In this document: positions 28,746 to 37,426 of the stretch, piece after piece
How the letters are laid out: every line of letters starts with the position of its first letter
Numbering within the stretch: the stretch's first letter is position 1
Source of the DNA: a virus
Reading direction: 5' to 3' (one strand)
DNA: 64,000 bases
Virus record (IMG/VR): IMGVR_UViG_3300023174_005548
Coordinates: 1 to 64,000 of that record
Notes under the pieces: model-generated
The model's database searches: none
What the model saw: the letters and a program-made list of their open reading frames with translations, nothing else
What the model was told of the DNA's origin: nothing
Translations under genes and position numbers: made by a program

Positions 28746-31332
28746 TCTATTAGAAGATAAGGTATTTTCATCAAAGTTCCAAGATGTAGATTTGGGACTA
28801 CATGGAGTTAGATTACCAGAGTTTTCAATTGATATTCAGTCTAAAAGACATTTAAATGTCAGCGAAGATGTATCAAATTATGATTTCTTAAGAGCTTTAG
28901 CTTTGAATGGATTTAAAGATTTAAATGTAGATAAAAGTTCTGCTGAATATAAGAAGTATGTTGATCGAGCAAAGTATGAACTTGAAACATTAAAAGAATT
29001 GGGCTTTATTGATTATATTCTATTGGTATGGGATGTTATTAATTTTTGTAAGACACATGATATTCCAGTAGGATTAGGTAGAGGTTCAGCCGCGGGATCA
29101 TTAATTTTATATCTTATTGGAGTAACTAGAATTGACCCAGTTAAATATAACCTTTATTTCGAAAGATTTATATCCAAGATTCGTGCTAAAAAGCAAGTTG
29201 TAGATGGAGTAACATATTTGGATGGTACTTTGATGTGTGACGTTGATTTGGATATTTGTTATTATAATCGTCATAGAGTACTTGAATATCTTGAAACAAA
29301 ATTTAAAGGTAAAACAAGTAAAATCTTAACTCTTAATACTCTTAGCGGAAAATTACTTATTAAAGAATGTGGTAAAATTGTGGGAGAAAAGTCAGAAGAA
29401 GAAATGACAATCATCTCCTCACTTATTCCAAAAGTATTCGGTCAAGTTAAAGATATCACAACTGCTTATGAAGAAATTGAAAAGTTTAAAGAATGGTGTG
29501 ATGAAAATAAAGAAACTTACCAAATTGCATTAAAGCTCAGAGATTTAATTAAGAATAAAGGCGTTCATCCTTCTGGAGTTCTTCTTTCTTATAATGATCT
29601 TGAAAAAGTATGTCCAACAGAGTTTTCTAGCGACAAAGAAGCAGTTTCAAGTTTTGATATGAATTGGGTTAGCTTATTTAACATTAAACTTGATATTCTT
29701 GGATTAAGAAGCGTTTCTGTTGTTGATGACGTTTGTAAAAAAATTGGTATCAAAGTTCAAGATATTGATTTAGGACATGAATCTATTTATAGAAACTTGC
29801 AAGAATTAAGATCTCCTCATGGACTATTCCAAATTGAAGCAGATACAAATTTCAAAGTATGTCAAAAAGTAAAGCCTAAGAATCTAGAAGAACTTAGTGG
29901 TGTTCTTGCTCTAGCTAGACCCGGCGCACTTCAATTCGTAGATAAATATGCTAAGTATACAAACTATGGTGAACATGAAAGTATTCATCCATTCTTTGAT
30001 GATATCTTAAAACAAACTGGTGGAGTTGCACTTTACCAAGAACAGCTTATGCAAATGGCGCATAAGATTGGATTTACTCTCGATGAAGCAGAAATTTTAA
30101 GAAGAATCGTAGGTAAAAAGAAAACCGAAGAAATCAAAGCATGGCAAAAGAAGATTCAAGATAAAGTTAAAGAAAACAAACTACCAAAAGAAGTAGGCGA
30201 AATTCTATGGAAGATCATGGAAGATTCAGCAAACTATTCATTTAATAAATCTCATTCACTTGCATATGCAGCTTTGGCCGCTGTTACAATTTACCTTAAA
30301 TTTAACCATCCTCAACAATTCTTCTTATCTCTCTTGAAGATGAGCAGAAATGAACCAGACCCAATTGGTGAAATTTCCAAAATTCAAAAGGAAATGCATG
30401 AATTTGATATTCAATTACTTCCACCTCATATTATTAAATCTGAAATGGATTTCTCAATTGAACAAAAAGATATTAGATTCGGATTGCTTTCAATCAAGGG
30501 CATTAGTGATAAATCAATTCAAAAGCTAAATAGTTTCAGAAATAAGTATTCTAATAAATTCGAGATCTTTCAAGCAGCCGAAGAAGCAGATTTAAATATT
30601 GGAGTATTATCAGCACTTATTCAAGCTGGCGCATTAAGTGGCTTTAGTCAATCTAGAAGCAAGATCGTATTAGAAGCTCAATTGTGGAATATTTTAACAT
30701 CTAAAGAAAAGAAATATGCAATTTCATTTGCAGAGAAGTTTGATTATGATCTTATCAAAATTATTAAACATTTAAATAAATTTACTGACGAAAAGAATCA
30801 TACAGTAATTAAAGATACAAGATTAAAAACTATTAAAAATAGATATGACCCATATCTACAAATTTATAATCAAAATAGCAAAAGTGAAAGTTTTGCCAAC
30901 TGGTATTATGAAAAGAAACTTTTGGGATATACTTACAATAAGGATTTAAAAGAAATCTTCTCAGAGAAAAGAGAAAATCTAAAATATATTAGCGATATTA
31001 TAGATGAACCAGTAAATAGCAAGGTAGCATTTGTAGGGCAAATTGAAGAAGTATTTACTGGCGTTTCTAAAAATGAAAAGAAAACCAGATATGTAAGATT
31101 AAAGATATCAGATGAAACATCATCAATTAGCGTATTAATATTTAATGATAATATTGAAAATAATAAATTATTGAATAATAAAGCATTTGAAGAAGGCAAT
31201 ATTGTAATAGCTAAGGGTTCAAAGAGAGATGATTGTGTATTTGGTGATCTAGTAGCAATCCAAGATCAACAAATTTATATGAAATTAAATGATTTAAAGA
31301 AAATAGTTGACAAGAAAGAAAATAAGGAATAA
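28735..31332 (+). CDS. dnaE: DNA polymerase III alpha catalytic subunit lacking the PHP domain
   Basis: GLGRGSAAGSL, LYFERF, CDVDLD, HPSGV, KLDILGL, GLFQIE, ARPG, LYQEQLM, YSFNKSH, IRFGLLSIKG and a C-terminal OB fold. Confidence 0.93.
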   Translation: MKNNLLEDKVFSSKFQDVDLGLHGVRLPEFSIDIQSKRHLNVSEDVSNYDFLRALALNGFKDLNVDKSSAEYKKYVDRAKYELETLKELGFIDYILLVWDVINFCKTHDIPVGLGRGSAAGSLILYLIGVTRIDPVKYNLYFERFISKIRAKKQVVDGVTYLDGTLMCDVDLDICYYNRHRVLEYLETKFKGKTSKILTLNTLSGKLLIKECGKIVGEKSEEEMTIISSLIPKVFGQVKDITTAYEEIEKFKEWCDENKETYQIALKLRDLIKNKGVHPSGVLLSYNDLEKVCPTEFSSDKEAVSSFDMNWVSLFNIKLDILGLRSVSVVDDVCKKIGIKVQDIDLGHESIYRNLQELRSPHGLFQIEADTNFKVCQKVKPKNLEELSGVLALARPGALQFVDKYAKYTNYGEHESIHPFFDDILKQTGGVALYQEQLMQMAHKIGFTLDEAEILRRIVGKKKTEEIKAWQKKIQDKVKENKLPKEVGEILWKIMEDSANYSFNKSHSLAYAALAAVTIYLKFNHPQQFFLSLLKMSRNEPDPIGEISKIQKEMHEFDIQLLPPHIIKSEMDFSIEQKDIRFGLLSIKGISDKSIQKLNSFRNKYSNKFEIFQAAEEADLNIGVLSALIQAGALSGFSQSRSKIVLEAQLWNILTSKEKKYAISFAEKFDYDLIKIIKHLNKFTDEKNHTVIKDTRLKTIKNRYDPYLQIYNQNSKSESFANWYYEKKLLGYTYNKDLKEIFSEKRENLKYISDIIDEPVNSKVAFVGQIEEVFTGVSKNEKKTRYVRLKISDETSSISVLIFNDNIENNKLLNNKAFEEGNIVIAKGSKRDDCVFGDLVAIQDQQIYMKLNDLKKIVDKKENKE

Positions 31333-31335
31333 TAT
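31307..31335 (+). promoter_or_regulatory. sigma70-type promoter (leaderless)
   Basis: TTGACA-N17-TAATAT, 6 nt before ATG 31342; overlaps the dnaE 3' end and stop codon. Confidence 0.72.
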
Positions 31336-31341
31336 ACTAAT

Positions 31342-31884
31342 ATGATATCATTTTATAAACCAAATAGTAAGAATACAGGCACAGCTTGTAGCTTTAGCGT
31401 AAATTCAAAAGAAGGCTCCATCTGGAGTTCATTAATCAAACAAAGTTCATGGAACGAAGGAACAAAGACTGGTTCATTTTCAGACAATAAAGATAATCCT
31501 CAAAAGAGTGCAAGAGTAAAGTTTTCTACAACTGAAGTAGCTGGTCTACTTGAAGCTTTAGATAAGAATGTAGAATTTTCAGCTTATCATTCTTCTGATA
31601 AACAAGTCACGAAGATTAAGTTCTCTCCATATATTAGAGATGATAAGCAAGTTGGATTCTCTTATAGCGTTAATAAAGAGAGCAAAGAGAATGTAGAAAA
31701 TAAACAATCATTCCTACTTGGTTTTTACTTTAACGAAGCTAGACTTCTAAGAGAGTTCTTGGTTCATGCTCTACAATCAGTATTCAAAACTCAAGAAGTC
31801 GAAGCTATTAAAAAGTTTAAAAACTCAAAGCCTAATCAAGAATCAAATAAATCTAACGCCGAAGAAGATGGCGAACTTTGGTAA
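31342..31884 (+). CDS. Putative single-stranded DNA-binding protein, Whirly/PC4-like fold
   Basis: Duplicated beta-sheet/helix pattern resembling Whirly. Acidic, aromatic-ended tail (AEEDGELW); lies right after dnaE. Confidence 0.6.
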   Translation: MISFYKPNSKNTGTACSFSVNSKEGSIWSSLIKQSSWNEGTKTGSFSDNKDNPQKSARVKFSTTEVAGLLEALDKNVEFSAYHSSDKQVTKIKFSPYIRDDKQVGFSYSVNKESKENVENKQSFLLGFYFNEARLLREFLVHALQSVFKTQEVEAIKKFKNSKPNQESNKSNAEEDGELW

Positions 31885-31886
31885 TT

Positions 31887-33815
31887 GTGTCTCGCAAAAA
31901 GAAAATAGTTTATCAATCTGATTTCTCTCTAGCCAAAACTGGGTTTGGCAGAGCAGCAAAAGCTCTATTAACTTATCTCTATAAGACAGGTAAGTATGAT
32001 ATCGTGCATTATTGCTGTGGTATGCAATATTCAAATCCAGAATTAAAAAAGACTCCTTGGAAATCAGTTGGTTCACTTCCAGATAATCCTCAAGAAATTG
32101 AGCAACTTAATAAAGACCCAAATGTAGCCAGATTAGCGAGTTATGGCGCACATTATCTTGATAGAATTATTCAAGAAGAAAAGCCAGATGCTTATATTGC
32201 AGTTCAAGATATTTGGGGTATTGATTTTGCTATTGATAAGAAATGGTTTAATAAAATCTCTTGCGCATTATGGACAACTCTTGATTCTTTGCCTATTCTT
32301 CCTACTGCAGTTGAAAAAGCTCCAAAGATTAAAAACTATTGGATTTGGAGTGATTTCGCAACAAGAGCTTTGCATGATCTTGGACATAACCAAGTTGAAA
32401 CAGTTCATGGACCAGTTGAAAATTCAAATTTTTACAGACTAGAAGAATCTCAAAGACGAGATTTAAGAAATAGATTTGGAATTCCATTAGATGCATTTAT
32501 TATTGGTTTCGTATTTAGAAATCAATTAAGAAAAAGTGTTCCTAATCTATTAGAAGGTTATGCTTTGTGGAAACGAAGCAATCCTCAAATTAAAAATACA
32601 TTCTTATTGCTTCATACTCATTGGGGCGAAGGATGGAATATTCACAAGCTTGCAGCAGAATATGGAGTTGATCCAAGAGAAATTCTCACAACATATATTT
32701 GTAAAAACTGCGGAAATTATGAAATCAAACCTTTTCATGGTCAAGATGTAAATTGTAGATTCTGTGGAAGTGAAAAAAGCCAAGTTACAACAAATGTTGG
32801 AATTGGAGTAACAGAACAACAATTAAATGAAGTATATAATCTTATGGATGTTTATTGCCATCCATTTACTAGCGGTGGACAAGAGATTCCAATTCAAGAA
32901 GCCAAACTTACCGAATTAATTACTCTTGTTACTAATTATTCTTGTGGAGAAGAAATGTGTCAAGAAGGCGCGGGTTCATTTGATCTTGAATGGAGTGAGT
33001 ACAGAGAGCATGGCACAGAATTTATTAAAGCCTCTACAAAACCAAATTCAATCGCCAAGCAAATAAATAAAGTCTACAATATGTCCATTCAAAAAAGAAG
33101 AGAAATGGGTAGAAAAGCTCGCGAGTGGACTATTGAAAACTTCTCAGTAGAAACTGTAGGAAAAAGAATACAAGAATTTATTGATAGTGCAGAATTTACA
33201 GATTATGACTTTTCGCTTAAAGAAGAAGAGAAAGATGCATTTCATCAAATTCCAAACATTGAAAAAGATAATGAATGGTTAACTTATATGTATCATAACA
33301 TTTTAAAAATGAAAGATGTTAATGATAATGATGATGGTCATAAATACTGGATGCAAGAAATTTCAAAAGGCGCAAAACGTCAAGATATTGAAAATTATTT
33401 TAGACAAGTAGCCTCTCAAGAAAATCAAAAGAATCAAAAGATTGAGTTTGAAGATCTATTAGGCAAAGACGACAAAGGCAAGAGAGTATTGTATGTTATG
33501 CCAGAAAGTATTGGTGATATTTATATCTCAACTTCTTTATTCAAGAATATTAAGAAACAATATCCAGATCACAACCTTTATGTTGCTACTAAGCCAGAAT
33601 ATTTTCAAATGCTACAAGGAAATCCTCATATCTATAAACTATTAGAATATATTCCTCAAATGGATCAATTACTTTGGCTTGAAGGAGCAGGAGATCATAA
33701 TGGTTATTTTGAAGTAGCTTTCTTGCCTCATGCTGGAACACAAAGATTTTTAGACTATTTACATAATGGTAAAACTAATATACAATTTAATATAAAGGAA
33801 GATGTATGCACCTAA
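31887..33815 (+). CDS. GT4 (GT-B) glycosyltransferase with zinc-ribbon insertion and a C-terminal GT9 N-terminal domain
   Basis: TGFGR, RNQLRK, CKNCG...CRFCG, HPFTSGGQEIPIQEA, then RVLYVMPESIGDIYISTSLFKNIKKQYP. Confidence 0.8.
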   Translation: MSRKKKIVYQSDFSLAKTGFGRAAKALLTYLYKTGKYDIVHYCCGMQYSNPELKKTPWKSVGSLPDNPQEIEQLNKDPNVARLASYGAHYLDRIIQEEKPDAYIAVQDIWGIDFAIDKKWFNKISCALWTTLDSLPILPTAVEKAPKIKNYWIWSDFATRALHDLGHNQVETVHGPVENSNFYRLEESQRRDLRNRFGIPLDAFIIGFVFRNQLRKSVPNLLEGYALWKRSNPQIKNTFLLLHTHWGEGWNIHKLAAEYGVDPREILTTYICKNCGNYEIKPFHGQDVNCRFCGSEKSQVTTNVGIGVTEQQLNEVYNLMDVYCHPFTSGGQEIPIQEAKLTELITLVTNYSCGEEMCQEGAGSFDLEWSEYREHGTEFIKASTKPNSIAKQINKVYNMSIQKRREMGRKAREWTIENFSVETVGKRIQEFIDSAEFTDYDFSLKEEEKDAFHQIPNIEKDNEWLTYMYHNILKMKDVNDNDDGHKYWMQEISKGAKRQDIENYFRQVASQENQKNQKIEFEDLLGKDDKGKRVLYVMPESIGDIYISTSLFKNIKKQYPDHNLYVATKPEYFQMLQGNPHIYKLLEYIPQMDQLLWLEGAGDHNGYFEVAFLPHAGTQRFLDYLHNGKTNIQFNIKEDVCT

Positions 33816-34945
33816 TTGAAAGATATGCCACAGCTTGCGGAGTTAAGATAGATAAACCTTATATTTATGATACTTTCTTTCCAATTAATGTTGAAAAATA
33901 TATATCGTTTCAACCATTTAGCAAGTATCCATCAAAAAATTATGATTATTGGGATGAAGTAGTAGCAATTATTCTACCTTTTCTACAACAAAATAATATC
34001 ACATTAGTTCATATTGGCGCAAAAGATGACAAAGCTATTAATAATACTTTAAACTTATGTGGTCAAACAAATATTTCTCAAGCAGCATATATTATTAAAA
34101 ATAGTATAATGCATGTTGGCGCAGATAGTTTTGCTGCACATATTGCTTCTGGATATGGCAAGAAAATTGTTGCATTATATTCTAATAATAATATTAATAA
34201 TGTTAAACCATACTGGACTAAACCAGAGGATATGGTTCTATTAAGTCCCAAAGTAAATAAGAAGCCTCAATATTCTGTTAATGAAATTCCAAAAAGCATT
34301 AATAATATTAAACCAGAAGCTATTGCAGAAGGTATTCTTAAACTTCTTAATATTCCATATAGTAATCTTCCTAAAACTGTTTATATCGGAAATGAATATA
34401 TCAATAAAACGCTAGAAGTAATTCCAGATAAGCCCATAAATCCAGCGCAAATTGGATTAGATACTCTTGTTATTAGAATGGATTATGTATTTAATGAGCA
34501 AGTATTAGAATTATTCTTACAACAAAAGAAATGTATTATATTTACTAACAAGCCTATTAATGAAGAACTTCTTAAAAGATATAAACAAAATATACCACAA
34601 TTAATTTACCTTGTTGAAAAAGATAACGATACAACTTTCGCAAAAACATTAAAAAGAAACACAATTAATGCAGCATTTATATCTTATCTATCAGAAGAAG
34701 AATTAAATCAATTTAAATTAGATTATATGGATTATGGTCTTATTGTAAAACGAGATCATCCAACTGATAAAATCGAAGCAAGTAATAATACATACTTTAA
34801 ATCTTCAAGAATCTTAATATCTTCTGAAGGACAATTCAATAGTAAATATCAATGGGAAACCAAAGATATGTCCAATAAATACATCAATCATCCAGAATTG
34901 AATAAAGAACTAAGTAATCTATATATTTTTAATCTTGACCAATAA
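33806..34945 (+). CDS. GT9 C-terminal (nucleotide-sugar-binding) domain protein with an extra C-terminal domain
   Basis: HLIERY, SKNYDYW, LCGQTNISQAAYII...VGADSFAAHIASGYGKKIVALY. Confidence 0.75.
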   Translation: MHLIERYATACGVKIDKPYIYDTFFPINVEKYISFQPFSKYPSKNYDYWDEVVAIILPFLQQNNITLVHIGAKDDKAINNTLNLCGQTNISQAAYIIKNSIMHVGADSFAAHIASGYGKKIVALYSNNNINNVKPYWTKPEDMVLLSPKVNKKPQYSVNEIPKSINNIKPEAIAEGILKLLNIPYSNLPKTVYIGNEYINKTLEVIPDKPINPAQIGLDTLVIRMDYVFNEQVLELFLQQKKCIIFTNKPINEELLKRYKQNIPQLIYLVEKDNDTTFAKTLKRNTINAAFISYLSEEELNQFKLDYMDYGLIVKRDHPTDKIEASNNTYFKSSRILISSEGQFNSKYQWETKDMSNKYINHPELNKELSNLYIFNLDQ

Positions 34946-34963
34946 TATAATAACTGGTATACT
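34935..34963 (+). promoter_or_regulatory. sigma70-type promoter (leaderless)
   Basis: TTGACC-N17-TATACT with TGn extension, 6 nt before ATG 34970. Confidence 0.8.
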
Positions 34964-34969
34964 CTTTAA

Positions 34970-35770
34970 ATGAGTCCAAAAATGAAATCAGAAGAAAATA
35001 CAATATCAATTGGTAGTTCAGAATTATTTGAAGCAGTTGTTGTTTCAGAGCAGAAAGCAGAAACTCCTCAAGTAGTTCCTCCTAATCTAATCACGAGAAA
35101 CCAATATGGTCTTATTGAAGATAAGAGCTTAAATTATGTATTTAATGATGATGGAACAATTAATTGGCGCAAAATGGTAAAGACTGAACACCTTGTGCCT
35201 AATAGACAAAAGACTCAAGAAACAGATGTTTCAAAACTCCAAGATAAAGATTTACTTATTCTTTTGGGTGGAATCAAAGAGCTTGCGCAAATTCGTGGAT
35301 ATACAAGCGTTGAATATAAAGTAGTAGCAGCATCTGAAAGTTATTTCGCAACAAGCTGTAAGATTACTTGGTTGCCGAATTATGAAACTGGTGGAAAAGA
35401 AATTGTTTTTGAATCTCTTGCTGATGCTACAGTAAATAATACAAAAAGCTTCGCTAGATTTTTCTTAGCTGCAATTGCTGAAAATCGCGCTTTTGTTAGA
35501 TGCGTTAGAAATTTCTTGAAAATTAATATTGTATCTCAAGAAGAACTTGGAGATGCAAAACTACTGGACGAAGGATCAAGCGTTAATGATAATCCAACTT
35601 CTCCTCAAGCAGTACTAGAAAAAGTCATGAAAGATAAAAGTATTACTTTTGATCAACTCAAGAAAAAATTAATCAAAGAAAAGTTCGACAATGCCGAAAA
35701 TTTAAACTCTACAACTGATATTCCTAAGAGTAAAATATTTGAATTAATTGAAAGAATTAAAAAAGCTTAA
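34970..35770 (+). CDS. Putative single-strand annealing protein (Rad52/Sak-like superfamily)
   Basis: ILLGGIKELA..RG, a beta-meander, ADA...N, AIAENRAFVRCVR...I..VS.EEL; lies in the replication module. Confidence 0.55.
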   Translation: MSPKMKSEENTISIGSSELFEAVVVSEQKAETPQVVPPNLITRNQYGLIEDKSLNYVFNDDGTINWRKMVKTEHLVPNRQKTQETDVSKLQDKDLLILLGGIKELAQIRGYTSVEYKVVAASESYFATSCKITWLPNYETGGKEIVFESLADATVNNTKSFARFFLAAIAENRAFVRCVRNFLKINIVSQEELGDAKLLDEGSSVNDNPTSPQAVLEKVMKDKSITFDQLKKKLIKEKFDNAENLNSTTDIPKSKIFELIERIKKA

Positions 35771-36540
35771 CTTGATGGTAATAAAGGTATCTTATTAGAA
35801 GAACTCCAACTCAAAGCAATATTACCTTGACCAACTTTAGCGGCACAAAGCGCATTCCCATCTGGCACAACTGAATCATAAGTTACTCCAAAAAATGATA
35901 ATGTTCCATTAGCTTTTGAACAACTTTCAGCAAATCCTTTTGGAACTACTGTTATTGCTCTGCCATCAAAAGTCTCATGGATATAAGTTTCCATTGTATC
36001 TGGATCAATATAAATATTTTGAGGATAACAAGATGCACTTTGATCAAACTTAAATGTGTATGTATAAAATTTTGTAATTGCATCTGGATTTTCAGAATCA
36101 CAATGTCTGGTTGTAACAGATGCTCCCGGACGATTATCTTCTGCATTTGTTCTTCTATAGGATGATTTTATAGTTGAGTTAAAACCAAAAATACTTTGAC
36201 ACATAGCATCAAGAGTTGTTGGAGTTCTTTTTTTTGTTCCTATTTTTGACCTTTCTGCTTTTTGAGGATTAAATGTTTGTCCGACAGTTTTAGTTATTAT
36301 ATTTTTACATTGATCTCCACGATTAAAAGGATCACTATCATAATATCCAGTTAAACTTCCTTTTAAATCTGGATCAGCAATATATAATATAAAAAATAAT
36401 TTTTTAATATTAAATTGAGCTTTTTTAACACTAGCCCAAGCTTGCGCTGGATTTGGATAATCAGAAAAATATTTTGGTGGTGAATCAGGCAAAGGAGCCA
36501 ATTTGAAAGCTAATCCATTATTACTAAAAATTTTAGGCAT
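35767..36540 (-). CDS. Hypothetical virion-associated protein (last gene of the tail arm)
   Basis: 257-aa ORF coupled to upstream tail genes. Confidence 0.65.
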   Translation of the reverse strand: MPKIFSNNGLAFKLAPLPDSPPKYFSDYPNPAQAWASVKKAQFNIKKLFFILYIADPDLKGSLTGYYDSDPFNRGDQCKNIITKTVGQTFNPQKAERSKIGTKKRTPTTLDAMCQSIFGFNSTIKSSYRRTNAEDNRPGASVTTRHCDSENPDAITKFYTYTFKFDQSASCYPQNIYIDPDTMETYIHETFDGRAITVVPKGFAESCSKANGTLSFFGVTYDSVVPDGNALCAAKVGQGNIALSWSSSNKIPLLPSS

Positions 36541-36955
36541 AATAATACTCCGATGGAACTTGTGAACAACAATATTTTGTGACAGGACTAGTTATATAAT
36601 GAGTGAAAGTTGGAATATTTTGTGAAACTTGTAAAATACCAATAGCTATCTCGCTTTGAGTTGCATAATCATTTTTATCTAATATTGGATCACTTGGATC
36701 ATTTTTTACTGATATACTTGCGTTAGTTATATTTGTTCCACTATTAGAATATTTTAATGTTAAAATAACAGATTGATTTGCGGTTATTGGTAATTTTTTT
36801 CCAACATTTTGTATTGTTACTTCTTTATCATCATAAAAATTATAAACTAAACTTAAAGTACTTACCATTGCAAAATATTTATTATTTTCTATAATTATTT
36901 TTGTTTTAAATGGAAAATCTTGATCTAAACTATCAAAAGTATTTGGCATTTTCAT
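36533..36955 (-). CDS. Tail-associated protein, paralog 3 of 3
   Basis: ATGA overlap supports start 36955. FPFK...VILTLKY...NASISV...IAIGIL pattern shared with its neighbours. Confidence 0.6.
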   Translation of the reverse strand: MKMPNTFDSLDQDFPFKTKIIIENNKYFAMVSTLSLVYNFYDDKEVTIQNVGKKLPITANQSVILTLKYSNSGTNITNASISVKNDPSDPILDKNDYATQSEIAIGILQVSQNIPTFTHYITSPVTKYCCSQVPSEYYYA

Positions 36956-37422
36956 ATTGAATAACTTACTAAACGGCTCGCGGGAGAACCATTTAATATT
37001 CCTAATCTTGATTGCAATAAAGAGTGAACACATTGACATACTTTTCCATTCTGTCCAATTATCGCAAGAATTGCACGAGAATATGTTTGAGCAAAACCTT
37101 CTGCTCCATCACTTCCATCTATCAATGGTAAAATAGATTTTGATTCTTTTATTGTTGCTGAACCTATTCTAAAAGTTGAACTTATTGAACATTCTAAATA
37201 TATATAACATTTATCTGTTGAATTCTGCAAAGGACTAGTAATTTTTGTATTTTTATTTTTATTTTTAATATCAATTATAAATTTATCAGCTAAACTATCA
37301 TAAATGAAAGAATATCTTGTTACATTATAATAAAATGAATCATTCTGTTCGTACACTTTCACATTAAAAGGATAAATATTTGGTATAGGATCAAAACTGT
37401 TTGCTAAAAAATATGTTGACAT
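36952..37422 (-). CDS. Tail-associated protein, paralog 2 of 3
   Basis: YPFNVK...YIYLEC...SATIK...RAILAII. Confidence 0.65.
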   Translation of the reverse strand: MSTYFLANSFDPIPNIYPFNVKVYEQNDSFYYNVTRYSFIYDSLADKFIIDIKNKNKNTKITSPLQNSTDKCYIYLECSISSTFRIGSATIKESKSILPLIDGSDGAEGFAQTYSRAILAIIGQNGKVCQCVHSLLQSRLGILNGSPASRLVSYSI

Positions 37423-37426
37423 ATGA

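Noticed and set aside
27127-31332. Split intein joining the PHP and DnaE parts
   Set aside because: No Cys/Ser-initiated intein N-block at the PHP end and no His-Asn-Cys/Ser junction at the DnaE start.
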